Under the pieces are notes generated by a model. That model was given only the letters and a program-made list of their open reading frames with translations, had not been told where the DNA came from and did not search any database. From Octopus sinensis (Eukaryota): 64,000 nucleotides of DNA. Position 1 is the first letter of the stretch, and every line of letters starts with the position of its first letter. A program made the translations under genes and the position numbers. The stretch is from NCBI RefSeq assembly GCF_006345805.1, contig NC_042997.1:104966001-105030000 (forward strand). Direction: 5' to 3'. Shown here one piece after another: positions 37,095 to 51,207 of this stretch.

Positions 37095-37877
37095 ATATAT
37101 TTCTTACTTTAGTATTTTGTTCTTTGTAAGTAATTATTTACTCATAGTGCATTTGTGTACTATTAAGTGTTTCAGTAAACCGCCTTTCCAACGATTTAGA
37201 TTCTTCAAAATACAACTGAAAATAATCGGACGTTTCATAACAGTCGTCCTTATTCGTATTTCCTTTATTCTTATACGGTCGTTTATGTAGGTGATTGTAC
37301 TCAAAAACTGATACATGACTGTATTTAGAGATAAGTTGTTAAAAAAAAATAAAGAGAAGAAAAGTTATAAATGCTTATACCCTCACACAAATATACACAC
37401 ATACGTGTGTGGCTGGTAGGAAGTGAGCATGCGTGTGTATGTTTTTATATTTGGATACGTGTTAATTTATATATAATACATGTGTGCGTAAACATTCTGT
37501 ACTTATGTAGCAACTCATAAATTATTTAAACTGGAAATATATTTAAGTAGTATATAATTAAACACACGCACATATATACAAAGGCCCATTGCACATGTGG
37601 ATAAGAATTTATGTGTAAAATAAAAACAAGGGTAATAGACAAACACACGCATATGCATGTATTATATGTGTGTCAATGTGTGCGTGTGCACTTGTATGTG
37701 GGTGTGTGTGCATGTCTGTATGTGTGTGCACTTGTGTGTACGTGTATGCGTTCTACGAAAATATTGGTATATATTCTTTCTTTCTTGACAGAATTCACTT
37801 GTATTTAGTTATGTTATATATATTCTACGTATGTGTACACATACATAGATGCATGCACACATGCACTCTCCCCGAAC

Positions 37878-38009
37878 CATGTGGTGAGAAGATTGCTTCC
37901 CGACCACATGTTTCCAGGTTCTGTTCCACTACGCGGTACCTTAGTCGAGCGTTTTCAGCCAAAGCATTGAGAGTGGAATTCGTAAGCGAAAACTGAAAGG
38001 AGTCCGTCG

Positions 38010-38081
<72 letters not shown>

Positions 38082-38207
38082 GACGAGGTGTATAACTCTT
38101 TGTATTGTGCGTGTGTCTGTGTCTGTGTTTGTTTACTCATCCCCGTGTGACAGCCGCTGTTGGTAATTTTACCCCACCCTTGTAACCTAGCGGTTTGACA
38201 AAAGAGA
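37878..38207 (+). mobile_element. SINE family A-related, diverged
   Basis: atgtggtgagaagattgcttccc...aaactgaaaggagtccgtcg(ta)n(tg)n...tagcggtttgacaaaagagacc. Confidence 0.8.
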
Positions 38208-38553
38208 CCGCCTCATTTCTAGGTTTGCTGACCATCCTTGGCTTCCTCGTCCTCTGAATTTTCCATTTGTGATTACCTCTTGTGGGGCAACTCAAGGCAC
38301 GCGTGTATGCACGATTTAAAGGTACCTATTAGTGTGGAAGTCGCCCAAATGGACAAAGCAATGCTGGAGAGAGTGGAGGACAACTTCCAAGAACGCCTTC
38401 AGTAATGCAACAATGAAAATGGACACCAAAAAATGAATGTTCTTTTCCACCCTTGATTTTGACGAATGCTAATTCAATATGAGCATATTGATGCCAATAA
38501 AATTTGTCTGCAGCTGGATTTTTCAAAAACGTCCATCCTCTTTGCCCCACCCT
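38205..38553 (+). mobile_element. Tc1/mariner 3' fragment with right TIR
   Basis: LISRFADHPWLPRP...CDYLLWG.LKARVY...ERVEDNFQERLQ (WPPRSPDL region); ends ttgccccaccctata. Confidence 0.8.
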
Positions 38554-38834
38554 ATATCATGATTGAAATATTCCTTCACCAACTGGCATTAAGGACAAGA
38601 TCACCTCTAAACGTTATTGAACTTTATATTCGGAAGAAAAGATTTCATATCAAGGAAGTAGGAAGACAAAGTAAGAAGCTATATATAAAACATATGGTTT
38701 AATAAATCATATGTAAAAATGTATCCCTGTAATACTTTAGGTAACTAACGTCGTATGTTTAGACCAACATTTAAATTTTGTGACTTAGTAAGAAAGGCTG
38801 CGTCCACTAACGTTTTCTGAACCTATGAGATTGA

Positions 38835-39712
38835 TTAGATGAATTTCTCTTTAAACTAAAGATATCCTCCCAAATAATAGAACAGATCATACTCGTCAGT
38901 CAATGTTGTCTAAGTGGTTACGCATACGTATATTTAGGCTAGGGTAAAAATTTTGAGGAATACCAACAGTATGCAAGATACGCGTGCAAGTCTTCTCGCT
39001 CGTGGCTAGTGATATTTATCCAACGGAAAGGTGTCTGATTTAGGCCTATACTGCTTGGCATCTTTGTCGTCGTAGCCGTTGCTACCTGAAGGCATAAAGC
39101 CATGTCAGATACCGCAAAGTATATTTCGGAATAGCCTAATAATCCTGTTAATCTATCGTACTGGATTGATATTTATGAAGAACAATGCCGATTTCGGTCG
39201 GATTTGAACTCAGAGTGCAGAATCTCAGAACATATGTCAAAATCTTTCTATCAAACGCTCTAATGACAGCTCTCTACCTTACTCAGTTGCATGCATCAAG
39301 GTAAGTAAGTTATTACCTGTTTAATGCTATGAAACCAAAGTCGAAACACCGTTTGCTTGCTTACCTTTAATTCGATAAATATATAATGCATGTAAGGTTT
39401 CCGTCGGTCAACGTTGACTATACAGTTACACATATGTATCTTTAGGCTTGGACAAAATGTTTTAGGAATGCCAACAGTACTCTGTACTTCCATGTCTTCT
39501 CGCTCCAAGCTAGCGCTATTTATCCAATAGTATGGTATCCGATTTGGGCCGATGCTGCTTCATTTGATGAGTTTCTCTTTAAACTAAAGATCTCTGAAAA
39601 AATGGAACTGACTATGCTCAGCAGCATGTATGACCTCAGTCGGTCAGTGTTGACTATACAGTTACATACATGTATCTTTAGGTTTATGAACAAATTTTTG
39701 TGGAATACCATG
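38835..39712. repeat. Diverged ~236-bp direct repeats
   Basis: gtcggtca.(c/t)gttgactatacagttaca at 39403 and 39639; gatga.tttctctttaaactaaagat at 38835 and 39565. Confidence 0.75.
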
Positions 39713-41079
39713 ATTACGTACTTTTGAAAGTTAGTCTAGACAAATGTATATAAAGTTAGTGAAGGTAAATGCTAATGACCACCTCGAATATCAGAAACAG
39801 ATAAACACAAGATTGTGGCTGAAGAAAGGCTACGTATTACTTTAGAGAATTAGATGTCCACCTATTAAATTTGTTTGAAGAATATTTTTTTGAATAATTG
39901 GTTACAGATTTCCGATGCCAGGAGCTGTGGCTGATAAAGACGTTGGAAAACTGAGTTTATTTATTGAACAGATCAGAATACTAAAATCGTCAAAGGAAAG
40001 TGCAAAACATAAGAATTATTACATGTATACACACAAGTATATATCCGTAAAAGTACGGAAGCGTGTATACGTGTATACATAAATGTATACATACGCGCTT
40101 AAATGCCCAGAGCCAGAATAAATATTTAAGAACTGCTTTCTTCATGCAGAAAAAAAATAGAAGCGAACTTAATTTATGATATTAATGAGCAACTTGTGGT
40201 TATTATTAAGGAATATATAAATAAATAATGAGGAAGGTCAGTAAAAAAAATGGAATCTTTGAAGTATTTTTATTTAATTATTTATGAAAAAATAAACGAA
40301 GAACAAAAGAAAGTTTTGGAATAAATCTAATTCTTTAGCAGCCCGAGGATGATATCGTCTGAACGTGTGACTCTCCGAAAGAAGAAATTATGAGAATATT
40401 AAAGACAAAATATTTCATCAGTTTCATTCAGCTGACTCAAACTTTTGTACCTTGCGGCTTTATTTTACGCATTCCTTAAAAGGGAATTTCTAGAGCAGAG
40501 ATTTACAAACATCCATACACACTAACAAAGAAATATACACGCACTGAAAAAGTAATAAATCTTCGCTTAGTCCATAATACTAGCAGTTGTTTAGAAGCAA
40601 GTGTTGTGTAACAAGGGCTAGCCTCAAGCAAATTCTAATTCTGATATGGCATTTATCTTTCATTGAATTATTTCAGTTTCATTACTTTTTAACCAAAAGA
40701 GCGGCATGAATGCCACAAAACTCAATGTAACCAAACCTTAAATGTCCTTTGTGCTTTGTCGAAAAGATCCTTATTATCCTTAAAGATGGTAAACTATAAT
40801 GGTCTATTTTATTTAAAGTATTGTATAGGCTAATGATGTCATTATTTGTAAAAGAAAATATCATGATTATATATTCGATACTTTAGAGTTATTGAACTCT
40901 TTTGCCTTTTATTTTGGTAGGCAGTCACAAATAGAGAGAATAAACAGGGTGAATCATTTAACTGGAGAGTTATTATTTTTATTTTCACGTACTTCATTCA
41001 TTTAAGTTGTTTCTTTAAGCAGTTGCTAAAGGAAATATAACACACACACACGCACACAAACAAACAAACAAACAAACAC

Positions 41080-41135
<56 letters not shown>

Positions 41136-42073
41136 GTATACGCATAAGCACACACAGGAGCACACGCACATACACACACACATAAATATATATGCACGTA
41201 CTTGCAAATTCCAATACATAGAGCATTATATCAGTATAGTTTAGTGAAATTACCCAGAATATAGCTGGTAGCCTAAATATTTTGCTAGTAAATGAAAGTC
41301 ACTTGATCAGAATTTAAGAGAAGGAAACTAAATATCCTCATAGTCTACTCTTCCGCTGAAATTAAAATCAACATAAAAACCGGAAACGAATATATGTAAG
41401 ACGTTGAATTCGCTAAATTTCATTCAGATTAAAATCACTTTATTAACTAATTTTCCGGTTATTTGATTTAGATACTGGCAACTATTATGTTAATTTTTGT
41501 TATTAATTTAAATTAAATGGAAAGCGAAATGTTTTTTTCGGTTACATGTAAAGAACTAAAACTGTTAAATAAAAGTTGAGTCATGTGACTTAAGATTATA
41601 TTACTAGTTCTAGTTTGCCAGAAATACTGACATTCTCGTTATCCCCATTGAAGTCGTTTCTGAATTGCGATGCTTCCGCATCTGCTTTGGTGTATTTCTT
41701 AAGCGTCTTTTATATCCATAGTTGAGCTTCGCTACATGCATGGTTTTGATCCGAGTATAACTCAATATCACCATACTCAGCACTGTGCTAGTCCTATTCT
41801 TATTTTGTGCTACTGTTTGTTTGAAGGCTGATGAGGATATAGCTTGTCAGAGAAAGCCGACTACCAATCCTATCTTCGTTTTGTTTGATTTCAAATGGAT
41901 TACGTAGAGGGATCGGAGTAGGGCTTAACAGAAATGTCTTAGCTGTTTTAATTCCTCTGGCTCTCTCACTAGTCACAGAGACCATGAAAGTAGCATGGAC
42001 GCTGCCTTCTTGTATCGACTAAATCATTCAAAATATCAACAAACACTTCTATATTTCCTAACTTATGTATGCA

Positions 42074-42102
<29 letters not shown>

Positions 42103-42104
<2 letters not shown>

Positions 42105-42160
42105 GGCTTCGTATATTTTACCCCAGTGTCACTTTGATGGCATGCACTGCTCTCTCACTC

Positions 42161-42162
<2 letters not shown>
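42103..42162 (+). mobile_element. 60-nt 3' tip of family D inside (TAA)n
   Basis: tgggcttcgtatattttaccccagtgtcactttgatggcatgcactgctctctcactcaa, essentially identical to 25019-25078. Confidence 0.9.
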
Positions 42163-42203
<41 letters not shown>

Positions 42204-42230
42204 CTACTGAACAATAATAATAATAATAAC

Positions 42231-42271
<41 letters not shown>

Positions 42272-42300
42272 GAAGAAGAAGAAGAAGAGGAGGAGGAGGA

Positions 42301-42870
42301 ATCACATTTCGCTCCTCTGGAACTTCATTATTCAAACTGAAAGAAAGATAGATGCGAATAGGCCAGACATTATATTGAAAGACTTCAGACAAAAACCATG
42401 CCTCCTCATTAATATGACTGTCCCAGTCGATATAAATGTATCTGTCAAGATGTACCCAAAACTGAGCATTTATAAAGATCTTGAAATGAAAATTGGTAAA
42501 AAGTGGAACCTCAAGACTAAAACAATATCTGCTGTCGCAGGTGCCCTTGGAATGATAGCAAAAGGGGTTGATTGCTACCTAGCTCAAACGAACAGGAAAC
42601 ACCAAAATGGCAGAAATTCAAAGGATTGTGCTCATGGGAACTGCCCATATCCTGCGAAAAATACTGTATGTGTAATCTCAAATTGTACAACCAGCTCATA
42701 ATTTTCTTATATTTTCTTAAACAGTCTCTAGAACAACATTAAGTGCAAAACCAAATATATGACACCCTAGGCATACACCAACATGAACTTCTAACTTGTT
42801 GTCTCTTGAGGTTTCTGGGTGAGACATGGAGCCAACTTGTACAAATACAAAAGCAAAAGTCAAACATATA
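42301..42870 (+). mobile_element. R4-type LINE 3' fragment (second family)
   Basis: LLWNFIIQTERKIDANRPDIILKD...KLSIYKDL...GALGMI...LMGTAHILRKIL; distinct 3' UTR, (TAA)n tail. Confidence 0.9.
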
Positions 42871-42889
42871 ATGATAATAATACTAATAC

Positions 42890-42955
<66 letters not shown>

Positions 42956-42959
<4 letters not shown>

Positions 42960-43338
42960 GCCCTGATGCAGTACCAGGCAGTGGCTCTCGTGGCTTCTGA
43001 TCTTAACTGATTGGAAGTGTTATCATATATATTGTTTTGTCTTGGTATAAATGATGGGCTACAGCAAATATTCTGCTCAATACCACAGATTTGCTTGTCA
43101 GCTGTTTGACCTTAACCAGTTGAGCATGTCCCTTAGTGGCTGACGATATGTGCATCTCTGATCACGAGCAGATGTAGTGGGGAACATCATGGCCATGTGT
43201 TGAGAAGGATTCTTTGGGGTTTGAATAATTCACCTCTGGAAATATGGGTATTTTGTTCAACATCCTTATTCAACAACCCTTACTCAGGGATCTTTTGAGC
43301 GGGATGTGTTACTCGACCAGAAGAAAATTCTAACTGGG
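42956..43338 (+). mobile_element. Family D 5' two-thirds
   Basis: Same start as 20680 (aaatgccctgatgcagtaccagg); stops where the foldback element begins. Confidence 0.88.
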
Positions 43339-43959
43339 TGGGACTCTATTAAACATGTTGTGTTACATCCATTTTGCAGTCTGGGTCTCACCAGGTACTT
43401 CGATACATAAATTTGTTTCGCTAAAGATCCTGAGTTTTGGCTCTTATGTTCTTATGTGCCCGTCTGTTTTGGGAATGAGACATTGCTACAATTTTCAATT
43501 ATTATTATCTTTCTGTGAGGATCGCAAGCATTTGTAAACACAAGCAAATAACTATTGATAAAAATAAATTGCAGGGGAAGTAAATAGAAGGACAGGGGTG
43601 GATAGAGTCACATTGCGTCGAAGACAAAGGAATAGTGCTAGAAAAAAGAAAGAGAACGATATATGCAAACTAGAATGTCTAGAGGGCGAAAGATTGTTTA
43701 GCTAGGTAGCTTAGGTCGGAATTCGCAAACGCATGCTCGTACATACACTCAGCAGTTATTTGCCTGTATAAATATTTGTAATTCTTATAGAAAGATAATA
43801 CTAATTGGAAATTGTAGCAACATTTCATTTCCTAACCAGACAACATGACAGCCAAAACTCAGGATCTTTAGCGAGACACATCTTTATGTATGGATGTACC
43901 TGATTGAGATCCATACTGCAAAATGGATGCAATGCAACTGGTTGAATGGAGTCCCATCC
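43336..43959. mobile_element. Foldback/MITE-like element with ~160-bp inverted arms
   Basis: 43336-43500 is the reverse complement of 43803-43959 (e.g. tcgctaaagatcctgagttttggct / agccaaaactcaggatctttagcga). Confidence 0.8.
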
Positions 43960-44214
43960 ATAAGGGACTGTAGCAGGATGGATCGAAACAACCGTTGTAC
44001 AAGATAAAGATTAATACCAAATACATCTTCTGGTTACTTAAGAAATTATTATTATTATCTCAAACTAACTCGGTGGAGTTTCTCAAGTAGATCCAATGGT
44101 AATATACCCCGACAGCGAATGATGCTAGGTAGCGCAAATTGTACCAGTGCTCTGCTAAACACTTCAACACACTAATCGACATATACCCATTAATCCAAAA
44201 TATATATATATATG

Positions 44215-44264
44215 CTTACATACGTACATACATACATACATACATACATACATACATACATACA

Positions 44265-44318
<54 letters not shown>

Positions 44319-44606
44319 AGGAGAATGTTCTTTGTGTTGTTTGTCTTGTACTCTGTTTTTTCGTTGTTAAAAAAAGTCCGTTTCGTTGTTTTGTTTTTGT
44401 TTTCGTTTCTCGTTGTGTTCTACGTTTATTTGTGGTGTCCTGTACCCATATATGCATGTATATATACATATAGATGTAGGTATGTACATATATGTATGTA
44501 TGCATATGTTTTATTTATGAAATTGTTATATATATATATATACACACACATATGCATATATATATATATAAAACTCTACGTTTTTGTGTGTATGTATATA
44601 TGTACG

Positions 44607-44672
<66 letters not shown>

Positions 44673-44850
44673 TGTATGTATAGATATGTGTTTATGCATG
44701 TATGTGTATGCATATACATATATATTTATATATATATATATTTGTGTGTGTGTGTGTGTATGTATGCGCGTATGTATGTATGAATGTATGTATGTATGTA
44801 TGTATGTATGTATGTATGTATGTATGTATGTATGTATGTATGTATGTATC
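44215..44850. repeat. (TACA)n/(TA)n/(TATG)n microsatellite cluster
   Basis: Read directly from the sequence. Confidence 0.9.
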
Positions 44851-45299
44851 TTGCGGAAGTATCAATCGTTGCATTAAGTAACAGGATGTTAACAAAAGTT
44901 TATAATGTGATATAATATATTTTGTGGTCATACCACATTCAACAATAACTAATAATTGTGTCTCTTTTAAAGAATTGATATTTTAATTAGCACTTTCAAT
45001 TAAGCATAGATATATGATTGGGTGGCTTTAATACCTTTTAAAGAGATATTAACAGCTGAAGTGAAATATGTTATGTTAAACAGGAAACGAAACCGATTCT
45101 TAAAAAGTATTAAGCTGGGGAGGTACCCAGTTTTTGAAAAGACTAGTATTTCCTGAATTCAAATTAAAACACAACAGCACAGTTTATATCGGCCCGCCAA
45201 TAGTTTTGGAGTTTTTTTAATTATATGTATTTATTTTCATTTCATTTCATGCATTTTGTGAAGATTAATTTTGAATCCCTTCCTTTTTGTAGTTGCATT

Positions 45300-45375
45300 T
45301 GTTGTTGTTTTTGTTGTTGTTGTTGTTGTTGTTGTAGTTCTTCTTCTTCTTCTTCTTCTTCTTCTTCTTCTTCTT

Positions 45376-45435
<60 letters not shown>

Positions 45436-45453
45436 ATAATAATAATAATAATA

Positions 45454-45484
<31 letters not shown>

Positions 45485-45490
45485 TATTAA
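45300..45490. repeat. Compound trinucleotide array (GTT)(CTT)(CTA)(TAA)
   Basis: Read directly from the sequence. Confidence 0.95.
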
Positions 45491-45491
45491 T

Positions 45492-45910
45492 ATCTCGGCG
45501 AAATAGTTTGACAAGCTCAGAAAATATAAAGACCTGCTCATTGAAATAGAGAAAATGTGGCATCTCAAGGCGGTTACAATACCAGTGATCGTAGGAGCAC
45601 TAGGAATGATCAAGAAGGGAACCGAAAATTATATGAGAATGATCCCTGGCTTACCATCCCAACAAGAAATGCAAAATATTCTCTTAGCTGGTACATCACA
45701 CGTATTGAGAAGAGCATTGTCGCTGTGAGAACTGTTACTGCCCATGTATTTTAATTTAACCTTAAAAAAATAAAAAAGAACGAACTATTGAGTTTGGTTT
45801 AATGGCCTACCAATGTATACTATGAGTTTCTTTGCCCTAGGAGACGGGAAGACGCTCAGCAAGAAATGGAAGCAAATTTGAAAGAAGAAGAAAAAAAAAA
45901 AAAAAAAAAT
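45492..45910 (+). mobile_element. R4-type LINE 3' fragment (third family)
   Basis: DKLRKYKDLLIEIEKMWHLKAVTIPVIVGALGMIKKG...GTSHVLRRALSL*; A-rich then (TAA)n tail. Confidence 0.9.
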
Positions 45911-46449
45911 AATAATAATAATACCATTATTTATCTTTGCTATGTCGATAGTTGCGCTTTGCTTGCAAACACAGATTAAACTTAACCATTAATTCGTAGA
46001 TTAAGAATGACAGATAATCTTAATTTCTTGAAAATATCTCCTTTATTACTTTTGAAGTGCCGTATTTAATCTTATGACTGATGCACGAACATATTAGAGG
46101 CAGCCAAATATTAGCAGCACGTAGTCAAGAAAATGTTAGCGTCAGGGTTAAAATTAGAGTGGTGCAATTTTATGCCGCTTCGCTAATTTGCTTTCTTTCT
46201 CCATCAATAAAGGAATTTACAATTCATCAAGAACCTTTTTCGTACGTCATTCAGTATACCAGCTCTTTAGTGATAACAAAATTTTCTTAATAAAACATCA
46301 AAGTAAATTTTTAATCACTACGCAATTGTTTATATTTTTGAAGTCTGTTAACAAGTTTTACATCTTTTTACTTCATGTAATTTTTAATTACATAGTTTTC
46401 AGTAGGTTTTCGGTTGACCCTTTGTGACCTGATTTGAAGTACTGCCAAA

Positions 46450-46760
46450 GTAAACTTAAACCTTTCATCATCTCGAGATCCATAAAAAAAGAATTTGTCT
46501 ACAGTCCATGGCACTAGAATGGTAGAACTCTAAGAATGTCTTTTCACTAAGTTAAACTCTTGCCACGGCTTACTTAGGAAGTAAACTTAATATATTGCCC
46601 GAAGTAACTTCATTATCTGGCACCTTGCGTGCTTTCAACAGTGTCCACCCTATTGCAAGTATTTGAGTCAGGTTTCTGGTTCAAGGATTCATTCCACCAT
46701 TCCTCACTTCTCGTTGCTCTCGAAATGTACTATCAAAGGTCACGGGCTTTGATTTTCCCA
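46450..46760 (-). mobile_element. Highly degraded LINE 3' remnant (probably the same group as 53565-53878)
   Basis: Weak peptide similarity only (...GHC...KVP...VDKFF..DDE). Confidence 0.3.
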
Positions 46761-46864
46761 CTGAAGATGTAAAAATGCAAACATATTGCTATACATCATT
46801 AAATAATCTTTGGGTAATTAACATTTTAGATGTAATTCAGAACACTTGAAATGGTTCTTTGACA

Positions 46865-47280
46865 GGCGCAGGAGTGGCCTGTGTGGTAAGTAGCTTGCTT
46901 ACCAACCATATGGTTCAGTCCCACTGCGTGGCACCTTGGGCAAGTGTTTTCTACTATAGCCTTGGGCCAACCAAAGCCTTGTGAGTGGATTTGATAGACG
47001 GAAACTGAAGGAAGCCCGTCATATATATGTATATATATATATGTGTGTGTGTGTGTGAGTGTGTGTGTATGTTTATGTGTCTGTATTTGTCCCCCCAGCA
47101 TCGCTTGACAACCGATACTGGTGTGTTTACGTCCCCGTAACTTAGCGGTTCGGCAAGAGAGATCGATAGAATAAGTACTAGGCTTACAAAGAATAAGTTC
47201 TTGGGTCGATTTGCTCGACTAAAGGCGGTGCTCCAGCATGGTCGCAGTCAAATGACTGAAACAAATAAAAGAGCAAAAAA
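46865..47280 (+). mobile_element. SINE family A, full length
   Basis: ggcgcaggagtggcctgtgtggtaag...gtcaaatgactgaaacaaataaaagag. Confidence 0.93.
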
Positions 47281-47738
47281 ATTATCACGCAAATTCTATA
47301 TGAGAATGATGTCTAAATGAACTAAATTTATAAAAATATTTTGCTTCTCTAAATTCTTTAATCAAAAGCATCTTAACACTTGTAAACCTAATAATCTATT
47401 AAGCAGTAACACATTTCACTTCCGTTTTTCAAATCCTATGAAGAGTTATAGAGAAATGGTCAAACAAATTTTATGCTTAATTAAGTAATACGTTTAAGCC
47501 TTTGATTAGATGATAAAATTAATAATTGTATAATTTAACATCATTTTGACTAATACTGTATTCAGAATAATGTCTGTAAATCCAACGCAAAGAATGTATC
47601 TGTGTGCATGTATATAACCCTATATAATATGTGTGTATTTATATATGTATATAGACATATACATACAAATGAATGTACGGATATATATTTATATATGTAT
47701 ATATGTAAGTAAGAATATATAAGTGAGTGTGTATGTGT

Positions 47739-47798
<60 letters not shown>

Positions 47799-50586
47799 AA
47801 GAATATATAAGTGCGTGTGTATGTGTACAAACACACGTGTGTATATATATATACATATATATGTGTGTGTGTGAGTAAGTATATGTATACATGTAGGTAT
47901 GAACGAATGAATGTTTATAAGTATGTATTTTGTGCAATTACAATTACATTGCATCACAGAACATTTGACGGCAAATAATCCTCATTCGGTATCATGCTGT
48001 TAAACGTAAAGTTTGCTATTCATATAAGAATTATATAAATCTCGGTGAGGTTTTAACGTAGTTATGCAATTTGCATTAATTAATATACAGCAGTGTGCAA
48101 GATATGTCGTATTTGTGGTATTTTTATTTTGCAAATAACCAAGCAGTCCTGATTGGATTATTAGATCATTAATGTTTTATATTTTTGTAACACAGTTAGT
48201 TTCCTTGGATAAATCCCTTCACCTACTTACATCTAAGAGAATGTAATTAGTTGTTTGAACCTTTTACCAATGTTTCAATGTTACCAACACAAAATGCTTT
48301 TCAGTCCAAACTATGTAACAGCAAGCAGATCGATATTTTTGTTGTCATTGATTAGCACTAATCGAAGAGAACACTTATCAAGGACATCCCAGCTTTGTCT
48401 ATTCCGAATTTGAAAAAATGTATATCCCAAACTACATCGTACAATGTGAGTATTCTTTTTAAAAATAAAAAAATTGTGTGCGCAAGGTCACTTCAAATAT
48501 ATTTGTCTGCTCTTCCTACGCATATGATACCACGGCACACATATTCTTTCGCTGGTTTTTCAAATATATTCTAAAAGTAACGGGAAAAATAACATAAAAA
48601 TGTTTCATTATTCTGAGTACTGCGTTTACATCCGCCAGCAGGAAAACTCTATATTAAAGTGATGTGGGTCGTATCCTATTTAGTTATCTCTATTCTAATT
48701 ACTATCAAATCCGTGCTTAAGTTCCATGTGTTGAATTCAAAATCTAAATTCAAAATCTCACCAAGGTCAGCTTTACCACTCATCTTTCACGATGATACAT
48801 TGGATGCAAAATGTCTGGTATATTTGTCATAAATACAACTAAAATAACTGGGATTGCATTTGCAACCCTAGATCGTAACGAGTATTCTAATTAATAGCCG
48901 AACACCTTGTCATATCTAAAGTTTTGTATGTGTTTTTTGATTCCCAAATAACAAGCTATAACTCAAAATAAGATTTAGTTTCTACTCTACTTATATACAG
49001 GTGATTCTTTCTTTCTTAAACTCTTCACAACGAACTACCACAAGTAGTATGGGGTTCCCAAGTATTTAACACGATTGCTTACATCTGTTATAGTCTTAAA
49101 TATATTTCCTCTATCACCTAATTTTTAGATTTAACCATTCATGAATTAAATACATTGCACAATATTCTTCTCTTTCTTAAACTTCGTGTTTTTCTCTTCT
49201 CTTCATTAATTGAAGCCAAAGCGGTATAATCTTTTATTATGGGTTAAGGATGATAAAGTTTAGGTTTCCTTCATAATAGAACAAAAAGAGAAGTTAGGTA
49301 ATTTGACAAATGTTCTTAGTTTAGTTAATGCCATCTCATTCAAATAGCACTAAGTGATGTGCTTCTGCTTCGGGTATTCTTCTAGTTGTTTAACTTTAAT
49401 TCACCCGTCTATTGCATCACAATTTCTCACAGAATTTTTATTAAAAAAGCTAAAAAGCAGAGAAAGCATTTTGATGATTCTAGCAAATATTTTGTGAGTC
49501 TACAAACACCCACGTACCCCCACGCATATATATATACATACATACAAACATACATACATATATATACATAAGTACTACTTATGGAAGTGTGTATGCGTGT
49601 ATGTATGTATGCATACAAGCATGTATGCCTGTATGTATGTAAGCATGTATGTATATATGTATATAGAAGTATGTAGGTACGTATGTGTGCATACAAGTAC
49701 GTATGCATGTATTTAAGTTTAGATTTTTTATATATAAAGCGCACACATATATTTACACACATTTATACACAAATATGTATACACACACATACGCACCCGC
49801 ACGAATATATATGTTTTACACATTTCATTAATCGGGTTGCGTCCATGCTGGGGCACCGCCTGTATGTATATTTGTTTTTGTGTGTGCATAAAAATACAGA
49901 GAGACAGAGAGAAAGCGGGAGTGAGAGAGTAAGTGAGAGATAGGAGAGATTCTGAGATATATATGTTTATAAGGGAAGTATCCAATGCTATGAATGCTAG
50001 ATTTGATTACCATATTTTCTCACCGCATAGTATTACGTTATCTAACCTGAAGTATGTCTCTGTATGTGTACGCTCGTTGAGTCATTGAACTCCGCTTCCT
50101 GCTTGATAGACAGAGGGTAGAACTTCTGTATGTTTATCCACGAACATATCACTGTATTGGTCACTGAGTTACCAAGGGGTACATGTACTTATATCAATAA
50201 TTATTCCACTGTTTAACATGGGATTAACAATAGATCATTAAATTATCTTGCTAGTGGATAAACAAGATATATTTTAATGATAATTTTAGGATTGAATTCA
50301 AGGAGGACTCCCACAGAATTTGATATTGGAATGAAAAAACAAAATACCAGAAGATGGTTTGTTCGCTGCACTGCAGTTCACGCCTGCTTCCATGACAACC
50401 ATATCACTTGCTCTAAAATACATTCATGAAAAACTTATTAGGTGTGGCTATGCGATTGAGAAGCTCGCTTAGTTGCTACATGGTTTCGGGTTCAGTTCCA
50501 CAGTGCGATACCATTGCATTTTTCACCTTCATTAACATGGCTTATGTGTGTGTGTGTGTGTGTGTGTGTAGAAAATATATAATTAT

Positions 50587-51204
50587 ATAAATATAATTAT
50601 AATAAGGCCACTAATGAGTAGTGCCACATGCTAGAAGTAGATGCCAAATGGCTCTAAGAACTACATTATTTATCACATTGGCAAGGGCTGAAGGCGGGGA
50701 AGTGAACAAAAAAGAATTTTTTTAAGTGTCTAACCATTGATCTATTTATAGTTTAAGGATATAACTCTCTTTACTCTCATCAGTAATGTACGACTCTATG
50801 TACATAATTATAAACACTTATACATACCCATACGAATTTCACCTATCCACAAGCGCATATACAAATGTTCACATTTATATGGAAGCTAAATCTAATTCAT
50901 TCACATTAGCCACGTGCGTATACGACCAAAAGTAATACCGGGATGAATATATTGGTTGAAGTAGTTTATATTTGTATATCATTAAGGATAACATATTTAT
51001 AAGATTTCATAAGGTAGCCAACATGTAATAAGACCATATAGAAATCGATCTCCGGTTAATTTTGTTTTTCAAATCCTTTTTGTTCACTTCCCTCGCTTTC
51101 ACTCTGCGTCAATGTTTGTAAATAATGTATTTCTTAGAGCCGCTTGGTGACTATTTCTAGCATGTTGTGCTACTCATTAATGGCCTTATTATAATTATAT
51201 TTAT
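50587..51204. mobile_element. Foldback/MITE-like element with ~130-bp inverted arms
   Basis: ataattataataaggccactaatgagtag...gaagtgaacaaaaa (50587-50720) versus its reverse complement at 51070-51204. Confidence 0.82.
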
Positions 51205-51207
51205 GTA

